A stretch of DNA of 64,000 bases, from positions 1-64,000 of the forward strand of contig PRDI01000058.1 of assembly GCA_003345595.1 (NCBI GenBank), given 5' to 3'. Positions within the stretch are counted from its first letter, which is position 1. Each line of letters starts with the position of its first letter. The position numbers and the translations under genes are program-made. Positions 1-9,290 of the stretch are shown piece by piece. Source of the DNA: Candidatus Thorarchaeota archaeon (GTDB taxonomy: Archaea > Asgardarchaeota > Thorarchaeia > Thorarchaeales > Thorarchaeaceae). The notes under the pieces are model-generated. The model did no database searches. It worked only from the letters and a program-made list of their open reading frames with translations, and was not told where the DNA came from.

Positions 1-219
1 GACAACGATTAGGCTCTCAGGCTCGAAGTTGATGACAATGCCACGTTCAGGGTAGTTGACCTTCTTGCACCTAGGGCATATAGCACGATTGACCTTGCCT
101 GTCTTCAAGGACTTTGCCAGGTCGCCGTCCTCAAACATGTCCACATGCTCGATTATCTCGGTCTCGAAGACATTCTCACACTTGGCGCATTTGGTTTCGA
201 TTGAGCTCTTGCCAGGCAT
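1..219 (-). CDS. CpXC-domain zinc-binding protein (3' end runs off the window)
   Basis: Not in the ORF track. Manual translation from ATG 219: MPGKSSIETKCAKCENVFETEIIEHVDMFEDGDLAKSLKTGKVNRAICPRCKKVNYPERGIVINFEPESLIVV. The two CxxC pairs have CpXC-family spacing. Confidence 0.7.
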   Translation of the reverse strand, partial: MPGKSSIETKCAKCENVFETEIIEHVDMFEDGDLAKSLKTGKVNRAICPRCKKVNYPERGIVINFEPESLIVV

Positions 220-306
220 GTTGCTAATCAGGACCTCTCAGTGACCCTCTGTTTTGCCACTTAAGACTTGTGACCCCATCACATCTCTGATTGGATTCTT
301 CACGTT

Positions 307-906
307 TCAAGTCGTGTCTTGCGGGCCGGCGCTCTCTTCATGTCCAAGAGATTCTTCGGGTCTTCTCTCGCTTCTCCGTTTGAAAAGTATGCCAGTGATG
401 ATTGCAGTGAGTGCGATTGAGGCGATCACAATGGGCGCACCTTCGAACAAGCCGCCAGTGACATAGCCCAGGAAAGCCCCTGCGAGGGTGACAGTGAGCT
501 TCCCGATGAAATAGCTGACTATGAACTTGAGAGGGTTGTATCTCGTGAGACCGACATATACTATGAGTGGATCGTCTGGTATTGGTGACGCCGCTGCTAT
601 GAAGAGGGCTAGCGCACCCCACTTCTCAACTCTTGCTTTCTCTTGGTCCAGCGACCTGAGGTGTTCGTCAGACATTGCCATTCTTGAAGAGCGGACCACT
701 CCATAGTGAATCGCTTTAGCGAGTGTCGCAGATATTGCGACCACGAAACCGATCGGCACCCAATACATCGTTGGAACCAGTAGAGCTGCAAGCCCTGCAA
801 GGACCATGTTGCTTGGGCTGAGAAACGGAATCATGTTTATGACGAAGCAGGCCAACAGCAAACCGGGATATCCCTGCTGGATCAGGTCTTGCAGAATAAG
901 GAACAA
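307..906 (-). CDS. VTT/DedA (SNARE-associated) family membrane protein
   Basis: Hydrophobic; contains NMIPFLSP and AASPIPDD...VGLTRY...FIVSYFIGK motifs typical of VTT/YqaA proteins. Confidence 0.8.
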   Translation of the reverse strand: MFLILQDLIQQGYPGLLLACFVINMIPFLSPSNMVLAGLAALLVPTMYWVPIGFVVAISATLAKAIHYGVVRSSRMAMSDEHLRSLDQEKARVEKWGALALFIAAASPIPDDPLIVYVGLTRYNPLKFIVSYFIGKLTVTLAGAFLGYVTGGLFEGAPIVIASIALTAIITGILFKRRSERRPEESLGHEESAGPQDTT

Positions 907-1281
907 ATCTTGCAGTTTGCATCACCCCTTGGCCATTCTTGAAACAAGACGTGTGCGTTTCAGACCCTTTGCATGAACCGCTGCGCCCTTGATTCCTGTT
1001 TTCCGGTGCGGTGCAGGGTTTCTGGTTGAGTATGTCTACCGCTAGGTGTGAACATGAATCGACAGCTAGGGCTGGTATCTGTTGGACATATTACTCCACC
1101 GGATATGGAAATGACACAGTCGATTTCTGAGGAGCAATAGGTCTACACCAGGGTCAAGACAGGGTCCCATAAGTGTAAATATGCACCAGATGGCACTTTC
1201 ACCGGAAGCGCATGAGTCATTCGACAGGCGTATTCGCCACAGCTATCGAGCCTCCGAGCCGCGAGTGAAGGATGCTAGGGA

Positions 1282-2172
1282 GTGAACGGATCACGCAGGA
1301 TAATCCGGCTGATGGACTCTGAATCAGCGAAGACTGACATTGCTGTTATCGGAGTCTTAGCTCTAGTGACCATATGTGCTGTGCTCATTGGGAATGCGCA
1401 GGATTGGCAGTCCTGGTTCCCGGTCTATTGGCGATACTCGCCCAATGCATACAGGCTCTGGGAGCAATTCACACTCTATCTGAGTGGTGTACTCAGTTCC
1501 AACATTGTCAACATAATGGCACTCACGTTTTTCGGATTCATGGTTCTGACATATTTGACCATAAGGCCGATGAACGATATGCCCTTGTTCATGATGTGGA
1601 TGTTGTACATGGCCTTCTGGGGCTACGTAATGAATGGCCCAATGTATCTGCTTCTATGCGCTTTGGCGCGATACTATACCCGTAGGTGGGCACCAGCACT
1701 GTTGATTCCACTTGTGTTGATCAAAGAAGTATCTGTCTGGCTTGGTCTAGGGTACTTGGTACTACACCACAGGTGGAAGAGCGGGACAATCTTCTTCGTG
1801 CTTTCTGTGATTGTCTACGGATTCTTGCGGTTTGTAGTAATAGGCAACGTGCCGGACTACAGTCAAGTGGATCCTTCTTCTGCTCCGCTTTTTACCCCAA
1901 TCTGGATGTTTACGATGTTGCTTTCAAGTTGGTCCGTAATCGTTGTCATTCTACTCTTGCTACCGGTGATTGTTTTGGTGGTACTTAGTGCGTGGCGGTC
2001 ACCTGATTGGAGGCTGTGGGCATGGATGACTGGACCTAACGTACTCTTTGCATTGTTCTACGAACCGCAACTCTGGTTGCCGATAGTGATGATGCAACAA
2101 CCTTTGGTGCAGAGTCCGAAGACGAGAATCTCGGAGAATGTGAAACAGGGCCCGGCTCGCGGTGCACACTGA
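1282..2172 (+). CDS. Polytopic membrane protein, hypothetical (possibly GT-C-like)
   Basis: 296-aa ORF with about 8-9 hydrophobic segments and an LIKE motif after a TM; family uncertain. Confidence 0.55.
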   Translation: MNGSRRIIRLMDSESAKTDIAVIGVLALVTICAVLIGNAQDWQSWFPVYWRYSPNAYRLWEQFTLYLSGVLSSNIVNIMALTFFGFMVLTYLTIRPMNDMPLFMMWMLYMAFWGYVMNGPMYLLLCALARYYTRRWAPALLIPLVLIKEVSVWLGLGYLVLHHRWKSGTIFFVLSVIVYGFLRFVVIGNVPDYSQVDPSSAPLFTPIWMFTMLLSSWSVIVVILLLLPVIVLVVLSAWRSPDWRLWAWMTGPNVLFALFYEPQLWLPIVMMQQPLVQSPKTRISENVKQGPARGAH

Positions 2173-2307
2173 AGAAACAAGACATATTCCCTAGAGCGGC
2201 GAGTATGAAACCTACAGGAAACTTGTCGCAAGCGTTCAGGTCAAAGATCGCTCGTCTTGCTCGAAATGTGCCTGCAACTTCAACGTGTCACGCACACTGG
2301 AATCATC

Positions 2308-2727
2308 TCACGCAGGGACGGGTTCGATGACTACGTTCTTCACGCCTTCCAGTTCCCTGAGCAAGCGCCTCAGCTCGTCCATTCCGACTGTCAGCTGTTT
2401 CGGCGAGAAGTAGCATTCATAGAAGCACTTCGTACCTCTGAGACACACTCCGGTCGAGAAAAGCAGGTCGACCAATCCTGACTTCTTGAATATCCCTGAT
2501 AGCATTGTGAGGAAGTTGTTCGTGAGCTTGCCAATCTCGAGCGACAAAAAACTCACCTCGTCAGTGTCCAGAGGGAAGACCTTGATCAGTCGGTCCTTGT
2601 GTACCAGGACCATGAGTCCCTTCTTGGTTCCCATAGCGGTCTTGAATGCCTTCGGAAATCTCACACTGTCGCTGTCGTCGAATACCAAAACGCGGCCTGC
2701 CGTCGCTCCTTCGTAGCTAGTTGGCAT
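2308..2727 (-). CDS. Putative AbrB-like plus ACT-like regulatory protein
   Basis: N-terminal DDSDSVRFPKAFKTAMG resembles a swapped-hairpin motif; C-terminal LRELEGVKNVVIE is a typical ACT ending. Start moved to ATG 2727. Confidence 0.5.
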   Translation of the reverse strand: MPTSYEGATAGRVLVFDDSDSVRFPKAFKTAMGTKKGLMVLVHKDRLIKVFPLDTDEVSFLSLEIGKLTNNFLTMLSGIFKKSGLVDLLFSTGVCLRGTKCFYECYFSPKQLTVGMDELRRLLRELEGVKNVVIEPVPA

Positions 2728-2830
2728 GTTGACTTCCCCTTGACTGAATGCACGGAGTCTGTTAGAGCTAGGCATCATGAAAGTCCAATATATGTATTCC
2801 TCTTGTGATTATCCCAAAACCGGTCTTTGG

Positions 2831-2974
2831 ATGGCAAAGAAGGCCCAGATGTGGAAAGGGACACGGAAACGACGGTTGGAAGTCAAACCCCAACCTTGGT
2901 CGTACATGTGGATGTATGTTGGCTGCATACGATGCGGTGCTCTTTTTGAGGAATCCTGCAAGACGTATGTGTGA
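2831..2974 (+). CDS. Small basic Cys-containing protein (47 aa), hypothetical
   Basis: MAKKAQMWKGTRKRRLEVKPQPWSYMWMYVGCIRCGALFEESCKTYV; its stop overlaps the next ATG (ATGTGTGA). Confidence 0.35.
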   Translation: MAKKAQMWKGTRKRRLEVKPQPWSYMWMYVGCIRCGALFEESCKTYV

Positions 2975-3263
2975 GAGCGTGAGCATCGTGTCATCGGGAA
3001 CTGGTGAACCAAGTGATATCCCGCGAAACGTTGCTGACCTGCGAACACAGTTCGTGTGCGAGTATCGTCTTCACCTGATGCAGGTCCTTGGTGACATACC
3101 CCATCCCCGGGCTAGAACAGGTACGAAACTCCATGAGACGCGGACACTCAGGGCAACGCGAAGGGGCTCGCTTCACAAGACGGGACTAGGTTTTGTTGTT
3201 CTCTTGGTAGTATCTGCCATACTGCTATGCCTCATCGGGTGGTCAGTTTGGATTCGACATTGA
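2967..3263 (+). CDS. Cas4-like nuclease N-terminal fragment with C-terminal TM helix
   Basis: NVADLRTQFVCEYRLHL...GTKLHE matches the Cas4/RecB-family N-terminal Cys plus GxxxH motif, followed by TM GLGFVVLLVVSAILLCLIGW. Confidence 0.65.
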   Translation: MCESVSIVSSGTGEPSDIPRNVADLRTQFVCEYRLHLMQVLGDIPHPRARTGTKLHETRTLRATRRGSLHKTGLGFVVLLVVSAILLCLIGWSVWIRH

Positions 3264-3952
3264 CTCCTGTGTTGGCATTCGTGATTGTCGCAGGCATTAC
3301 GTTCTTAATCTACCGAAGCGTCCACACGTCATTGCAGTTCTTACGAGGACTTCTCCGCGGATCCGTGTCCGCTCCCTGGGATTTGTACACGTTTCTGACA
3401 TCTGCGCCGTCAGGACTCAGGGAGAATCAACGCTATCTCTTCACGGAACAATGGGTCAATTCAAGACGGTATTCCTTCTGTGGAAGGTTTGACTATGCAG
3501 TTATGCAGTATAGGGAAGTCAGGACTCTCGACGCAGTGATTGAGAGGAAGTTTCCTGTAGGACCATTGCCGACCAGAGCCACACCGGAAGACACCTTTCA
3601 AGCTGGTCTCTATTCTCTTGCCTTGATGGACTCTGGCGTGTCCTGCAAGTCCGCCAGACTCCTAATCATTTATTGCAGTCAGCGCAATGCATCTCGTTGT
3701 GGGAGAAGCAAGGCTCCTGATTGCCTGAGCTGCACGAAGCCTCGGGTCTTTCTGAAACGGTTCAAGCCCGATGAAATCACTCAAACGCTCCAAAGATTGG
3801 ATGAGGTCTGGAATGGGGTACGTTCTCCGCGGCCTTATCCGGGGCGCAGCAAATGCTCCGGCTGCCCCTTTGGGGAATCGGGTCAATGCAAGTACTCGAT
3901 ATCTCAGCAAAAGACACATCTTGGATTGCGTTTCCATTTGTTTCATGCATGA
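3248..3952 (+). CDS. Cas4-like PD-(D/E)XK nuclease core with N-terminal TM helix
   Basis: GRFD, IERK, QAGLY and C-terminal KCSGCPFGESGQC motifs; TM LTPVLAFVIVAGITFLIY. TTG 3248 is preceded by SD-like GGGTGGT (the ORF track starts at 3227). Confidence 0.8.
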   Translation: MDSTLTPVLAFVIVAGITFLIYRSVHTSLQFLRGLLRGSVSAPWDLYTFLTSAPSGLRENQRYLFTEQWVNSRRYSFCGRFDYAVMQYREVRTLDAVIERKFPVGPLPTRATPEDTFQAGLYSLALMDSGVSCKSARLLIIYCSQRNASRCGRSKAPDCLSCTKPRVFLKRFKPDEITQTLQRLDEVWNGVRSPRPYPGRSKCSGCPFGESGQCKYSISQQKTHLGLRFHLFHA

Positions 3953-4358
3953 GCTGCGGGATTTCCTGTTACGGATTTTGGACGCGAAAAGACTCCTGAA
4001 GAGGGTGTACTACTCAACCAAGAACAGAGGTACAAGGGATGATGCCAAACAGCTTGTTGTCGCGATGATATCTGTGGAGAAGACTATCAACGAGCTGATT
4101 GAGGTACGCAGCAAGCACAAGATGGCTGACAAGATTCTGAGTGATCGCAAGGCAGAGCTGTCTCTCAGGATGTGGTCGACTGGCTTGCCCAAGCGAGTCA
4201 AGGACTACATGGAGAAAGCGAACAAGCTGGAACCCGAACACCTGCACCAGTACCAAGAGTCGCTTCTTGCGTATACTGACGGCGTCGCAAGAGAGCTCAC
4301 GAGCTGGCTCCTAGACATTGAGACCTTAAGCGATCTGCCACACCCACCTCGCGAATAG
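3945..4358 (+). CDS. Hypothetical alpha-helical protein
   Basis: MHELRDFLLRILDAKR...; ATG overlaps the upstream stop (ATGCATGA); amphipathic helical composition. Confidence 0.7.
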   Translation: MHELRDFLLRILDAKRLLKRVYYSTKNRGTRDDAKQLVVAMISVEKTINELIEVRSKHKMADKILSDRKAELSLRMWSTGLPKRVKDYMEKANKLEPEHLHQYQESLLAYTDGVARELTSWLLDIETLSDLPHPPRE

Positions 4359-4370
4359 CGAGTCGACTGA

Positions 4371-5453
4371 TTACCACCGCAGTATCGCCGCAATTCCTCC
4401 AAAGCCCTTCAGCTGTGAACCAGACTCGGTCTGACTGGAAAACACCATCAGCTCGGTTCCAAAGTTAGATACCTCTTGGAGGAGTTCATCACTCAAGTCT
4501 GGACTATCCTCAGTTATCATCAAGCTCTGTACTCGTCCAGCTTTCAGAGCTTCCATGACTTCCCTTCTCCCATAGGTCACCGCCGAGGAGCCCTTCATAA
4601 GATTCTCAAGGAATGCATCCCATGCCTGCCTCTCAGCATAGATCTCGGTTTCTTTGAGTATCCTAGAAGCTTCTTTCATGGCTTCGTAGAGGCCGATCTC
4701 ATCAACTTGGCTGACCGGGATTATTGTTTCTGCAACTTTCAGTCTCAGTCGATAGTCGAGATCACCTTTCTCCAAGAACTCCTGTGCCCTGATAGTGTTC
4801 CCTCCAAGGACTATCGCGTCAACGTTTTGAATATTGGGGAGCAAGAGCTCACCCAGCATCCTACCCACGTGCTTGAAGAAGTCGAGCATAAGCCCGTCTC
4901 TGATATGCTCGTACCTCCTTGCACTCTGGCCGCCTGCTCTCGTCTTCCCGATTATGTAGTAGTCCTCATCTCGGACAAGCTCCATATGCTTGCCGCGAAG
5001 ATATCCGATCGTGACCTTTCCACCCTCAATCAGCACAATAACAATGAGGCTCTTTGGCTGAGTCATGCCTTCAAGTTCTTCGACTGCAAACTCTCGACCA
5101 CAGATGTAGACGAACTGTGTGATGGGCGCAGGAGGTACTAGGATTTCCCTGATCTCTTTGTTGGTTCCTCCACCCTCCCCTTCTTGGATTCCGTAGAAGA
5201 ACGCAATTCCGTTCTCAGGGACTGATTTCATCTTTGTGAGTTCGCTCAGGATCGCTGTCAGGTTGTCTGCAACATTCCTTCTGTTGACTCTGCTTTTGAT
5301 GTTCTCGCATCCGGCGAGCTCTGCCCTCACGAAGCCGATGACGTCTGCCAAGGCCTTGTTGGGAGGAACTGTCAGGGTGGTGAATGAGCTCTGTCTTCCC
5401 TTGAAGGCCTTGAGTTCAGCTATTTTCCGCTTCAGCTGGTATCGGTCGAGCAT
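4371..5453 (-). CDS. prf1: Peptide chain release factor aRF1/eRF1 family (divergent, short)
   Basis: NIKS, YICGREF (YxCxxxF), GGQSARR and C-terminal FGGIAAILRW motifs. Start moved to ATG 5453. Confidence 0.88.
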   Translation of the reverse strand: MLDRYQLKRKIAELKAFKGRQSSFTTLTVPPNKALADVIGFVRAELAGCENIKSRVNRRNVADNLTAILSELTKMKSVPENGIAFFYGIQEGEGGGTNKEIREILVPPAPITQFVYICGREFAVEELEGMTQPKSLIVIVLIEGGKVTIGYLRGKHMELVRDEDYYIIGKTRAGGQSARRYEHIRDGLMLDFFKHVGRMLGELLLPNIQNVDAIVLGGNTIRAQEFLEKGDLDYRLRLKVAETIIPVSQVDEIGLYEAMKEASRILKETEIYAERQAWDAFLENLMKGSSAVTYGRREVMEALKAGRVQSLMITEDSPDLSDELLQEVSNFGTELMVFSSQTESGSQLKGFGGIAAILRW

Positions 5454-5836
5454 GAATAGATGTCCACATCCCTGCCTTCTCGGATTGTGGAACCACGAAG
5501 AACGAGGAAACACGCCCGAGTGCTGGCGGAGAGGTCCTCGGTACTGTCTATTTTAACGTTATGCAACAACAAGTCCATCGGCCAATCCAGCGCCATTGCC
5601 CGGAGGGCTCAGAATGAGAGCAGTCCACGTAGGATTCCCACTATGCGAATGGCAGCTCAGTCGATGAGAAGATTAAAAAAGGAGTCATTGGATGGGCCTA
5701 CTCAAGGGTGCGAAAGGAATGTGGCCACGCCAATTTACACTGGCCTCGTAGGCTTCCCATGTTTAGTTGAGGTCAGTTTCAGCGCGGCTATTTCTCCAAT
5801 GCAATCATCCCGAATTCTGGAGGCCTTGGTGCAGTC

Positions 5837-7345
5837 ATGAGTGAACAGTTGACAGACGGAGAGCGGCTCGTATTGGCCGAACTCGTCCGGCATGACCAAC
5901 GCGTTTTGGCACGAAACCTGGCTCAGGATCTGATGGACAGTGAACAGCGCGTAGTTTCGGTGCTAAACTCCCTAGTTCAGCGAGGACTGGTTTCACTTGA
6001 CACTCTTGAGTCGGAGCTTCTCTCTCTGACAGAAGAGGGTCATCGCTATGAAGTGGAAGGCCTTCCAGAAGTGCGTCTCTTCATGGCTGTCAAGAGCTCA
6101 GGAAATAGGATGGGTCTGGACGCGGCTGTTTCAGCGGCCGGTCTGTCGCAGGCCTCGAAAGGCATAGCTGTGAACTGGTCCCGGAAGAATGGTTGGTTGG
6201 ACGTCATCAAGATTGATGGCGAAACCGTGATTGAAGCACGCGTTGAGAAGCCAGTCTCACAGGTCACTGAGGTATTAGCTATGCTTGAGAAGGGTGTTTC
6301 TCAGATACCAGACAGGCTCGCAGAGGGACTTAGACAGGCCATAGAGAGAACTCTTGTGAAGCGTGAAGTGGTCAAGACTTACGCCGCAGAACTGCGAATG
6401 GAGAAGAAGCAAGTGATTCAGGGTCTGTTAGCGAAGGGTCATGAGGGTATCACTGACATTACACCCGAGATACTGACCACAGGCGCTTGGAAGGGTAAGT
6501 CCTTCAGGGCGTTCAATGTTGAACTAGAACCGGCGCGCACGAACTATGGCCGGAAACACCCCTATGCCGAGTTCGTGGATTGGCTCAAGGAGATCCTTGT
6601 AGGGCTCGGATTCGCAGAGTGGTCGGGACCCTATGTAGAGACTGAGTTCTGGAACAATGATGCGCTGTTCGTCCCCCAGGACCATGTTGCTAGAGAGGTA
6701 CAGGATCAGTTCAGAGTAACGAAACCCTATGACCATGGTACAATCCCCGATGCCAAATACTACGCGCAAGTCAAAGCGGTCCACGAAAACGGCGGTGGCA
6801 CTGGCTCGAAGGGCTGGCAATGGCCATTCAGCAAAGAGATCTCGTCAAGGCTTTGCCTCCGGGCTCATACCACACCAGTCTCGGTGAGGTATCTTAGCGA
6901 ACACAAGGAACCCCCTCAGAAGATGTTCATCATCGACAGGAACTTCAGAGCAGAATCTCTCGATGCGAGGCATGGCCAGGAATTCGATCAGTGTGAGGGC
7001 ATCATACTAGACAGGAATCTTACACTCAGAGACCTCTTGGGTTACTTGAGCGAGATTTGTAGGAGGGTTGGCGTGAAGAAGATCAAGTTCAAACCCGGCC
7101 AGTTCCCATTCACCGAACCGAGTGTTGAAACTTTCGCCAAACACGAAACACTTGGATGGATAGAAGTGGCTCCAGGCGGCATCTTCAGGCCAGAGGTGAC
7201 ATATCCTCTGGATATCAGGGACACGGTGCTTGCCTGGGGGATTGGAGCAATGAGACTGTACATGGCCTCACTAGAGATATCGGATATCAGAGATATTCTC
7301 TCGAGAAACCTGACATGGATACGTGGAAAGTACTTTGTGAGATGA
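5837..7345 (+). CDS. pheS: Phenylalanine--tRNA ligase alpha subunit (archaeal/eukaryotic type)
   Basis: FWNNDALFVPQDHVARE, LRAHTT, FPFTEPS, GIFRPEV and AWGIG motifs; N-terminal wHTH domains. Confidence 0.97.
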   Translation: MSEQLTDGERLVLAELVRHDQRVLARNLAQDLMDSEQRVVSVLNSLVQRGLVSLDTLESELLSLTEEGHRYEVEGLPEVRLFMAVKSSGNRMGLDAAVSAAGLSQASKGIAVNWSRKNGWLDVIKIDGETVIEARVEKPVSQVTEVLAMLEKGVSQIPDRLAEGLRQAIERTLVKREVVKTYAAELRMEKKQVIQGLLAKGHEGITDITPEILTTGAWKGKSFRAFNVELEPARTNYGRKHPYAEFVDWLKEILVGLGFAEWSGPYVETEFWNNDALFVPQDHVAREVQDQFRVTKPYDHGTIPDAKYYAQVKAVHENGGGTGSKGWQWPFSKEISSRLCLRAHTTPVSVRYLSEHKEPPQKMFIIDRNFRAESLDARHGQEFDQCEGIILDRNLTLRDLLGYLSEICRRVGVKKIKFKPGQFPFTEPSVETFAKHETLGWIEVAPGGIFRPEVTYPLDIRDTVLAWGIGAMRLYMASLEISDIRDILSRNLTWIRGKYFVR

Positions 7346-9003
7346 GCGCAATGATAGTACAATGTAGGATAGACGATCTCTCACTGCTCATTGGGAAAGC
7401 ACTTACTCTCAAAGAAATCGAGGAAACCCTGTTCCTTCTGAAGGCAGAAATCGAGAGTGTCCAGGGTAACAGGATTGAGATAGAGGTCAACCCTGACAGG
7501 CAAGACATGTTGTCGTCAGAGGGTATCGCACGAGCGATTCGAGCCTTCTTGGGAATTGAACTGGGTCTGAAGAGCTACCACGTGAAGAAGTCTCCATGCG
7601 AAGTGATTGTAAGGCCGGGTCTCGAAAGGATTAGGCCTTTCATATCTTGCGGCATAGCGAAAGGTGTGGAAACCAGCGACGAGCTGATCAAGGACTACAT
7701 GCATTTGCAGGAGCTGCTGACGACCACACACGGTAGGAACAGAAAGAAGGCAAGCATCGGTCTCTATGTCTTCGACGACATAGAATTTCCAATCACATAT
7801 CAGGTCGAGAAGCCGGACTCAATCAAATTCGCACCTCTTGGTCATGACAGTCCTATGGATGGTTGGACCATTGTTCGTACCCACGAGAAGGGCGTCGTAT
7901 ATGGCCCAATCATATCTGGCTTCAAGAAGTGGCCTCTTCTGATTGACGCTGTAGGGAAGGTGCTGAGTCTTCCTCCCGTCATCAACAGCAACGATCTTGG
8001 CCGTTTGACGACCAGTACTCGAAACATCTTCGTAGAGGTGACAGGCACACAGAGATCCTGCGTCGACCAAGCACTGAACATAATGATTGCATCACTCGCA
8101 GACAGGGGCGGCAAGATTGAGTCTGTCAGGGTACTATATCCTGACGGAACCGAAGTCAACACACCGGATTTGTTTCCGGGTAAGATGCCAGTTACTACAG
8201 AGGGCGTCGTCAAGCTCACGGGTCTGACACTGAGCGATCAGCAAGTGGTCGACTGTCTTAGAAGGATGGGTTATGGGGCGAGAATCGTGTCGAGCGGAAG
8301 GGTAACTGCAGAGATTCCAGCATATCGGATTGATATCCTTCATACTGTTGACTTAATAGAGGACGTCGCCATAGGCTATGGATTCGACAGAATTGAGCCT
8401 ACGATGCCAGTGACGACGACTGTGGGTCGTCTCCTTCCCACAACACGCCTGAAGAACAAGGTGCGCGATCTGATGGTCGGCGCCGGCTACCAAGAGATAA
8501 TGTCGTATGTGATGAGTTCCCCTGACATCATGAGCACGAAAATGATGCGGGATCTACCCCTAGTAACAACCGGTAACCCAAAGAGCTTGGACTTCTCCAT
8601 TCTCAGGAACTCTCTGCTTCCGGCATTGATGGACTTCATTTCGAGAAACCAGCATGCTGACTACCCTCAAAGAGTATTCGAGGTTGGTGACATTGTGATC
8701 CCTGATGGTGACGCGGAAACAAGAACGCTCCAAAGGGCTTCCGTGTGTGGGCTCATCGCCGATGCTCGCGTCAACTTGACGGAGATCATGACGCAGCTCG
8801 GCTTCATTCTCAGAAACATGGGTTTCGAAAACAGGTTCCGGTTTGCGCTGCTCATGAATCCGACCTACGTAGAGGGAAGGTCAGCTACAATCCTGATTGA
8901 CGACAAGCCTGTGGGAACACTAGGCGAGCTTTCGCCTGAGGTAATCACTCGATTTGGGATGGCAGTCCCGGTTGTAGCTTTCGAGTTTTTCTTGGTCACA
9001 TAG
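7342..9003 (+). CDS. pheT: Phenylalanine--tRNA ligase beta subunit
   Basis: NPDRQDMLS, GRNRKKASIG, SLPPVINS and PAYRIDILHTVDLIEDVAIGYG motifs; ATGA overlap with the pheS stop. Confidence 0.97.
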   Translation: MSAMIVQCRIDDLSLLIGKALTLKEIEETLFLLKAEIESVQGNRIEIEVNPDRQDMLSSEGIARAIRAFLGIELGLKSYHVKKSPCEVIVRPGLERIRPFISCGIAKGVETSDELIKDYMHLQELLTTTHGRNRKKASIGLYVFDDIEFPITYQVEKPDSIKFAPLGHDSPMDGWTIVRTHEKGVVYGPIISGFKKWPLLIDAVGKVLSLPPVINSNDLGRLTTSTRNIFVEVTGTQRSCVDQALNIMIASLADRGGKIESVRVLYPDGTEVNTPDLFPGKMPVTTEGVVKLTGLTLSDQQVVDCLRRMGYGARIVSSGRVTAEIPAYRIDILHTVDLIEDVAIGYGFDRIEPTMPVTTTVGRLLPTTRLKNKVRDLMVGAGYQEIMSYVMSSPDIMSTKMMRDLPLVTTGNPKSLDFSILRNSLLPALMDFISRNQHADYPQRVFEVGDIVIPDGDAETRTLQRASVCGLIADARVNLTEIMTQLGFILRNMGFENRFRFALLMNPTYVEGRSATILIDDKPVGTLGELSPEVITRFGMAVPVVAFEFFLVT

Positions 9004-9290
9004 GATCCGGAGTGGTCACTTCGAACCCGGGCAGTCCTCTGAGTCTGGCATGGCAGTCAATGGCGGCTCATAACTGGGTCCGAAGCAGTCTTACCTCAAG
9101 GTGTCTGCTGATGGGCTCTCTCAAAATGGCCGAGGCTCATGTCTCATTCTTGGCTTAGGCAAAGCAGACGATATCGAGCAGCCTTTAGATGACAATTCGA
9201 TAGGACCACTCACCGCAGAAAAGATATAAGAAGCCACAAAGGACTCCTTGGTGCATTAGACCCGGCAATCGACCTAGGGGTAGCTATCGA

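Noticed and set aside
3225-3265. Programmed -1 frameshift joining the two nuclease halves
   Set aside because: There is no X-XXY-YYZ slippery heptamer in the overlap, and an SD-like GGGTGGT before TTG 3248 favours independent initiation. An assembly indel is not excluded.
2967-3952. CRISPR-Cas locus suggested by the Cas4-like gene
   Set aside because: I saw no repeat-spacer array and no cas1, cas2 or effector genes in the window.
9005-9080. TTCGAACCCGGG resembling a reverse-strand tRNA T-arm
   Set aside because: The T-stem does not close, and no acceptor, D or anticodon arms can be built.
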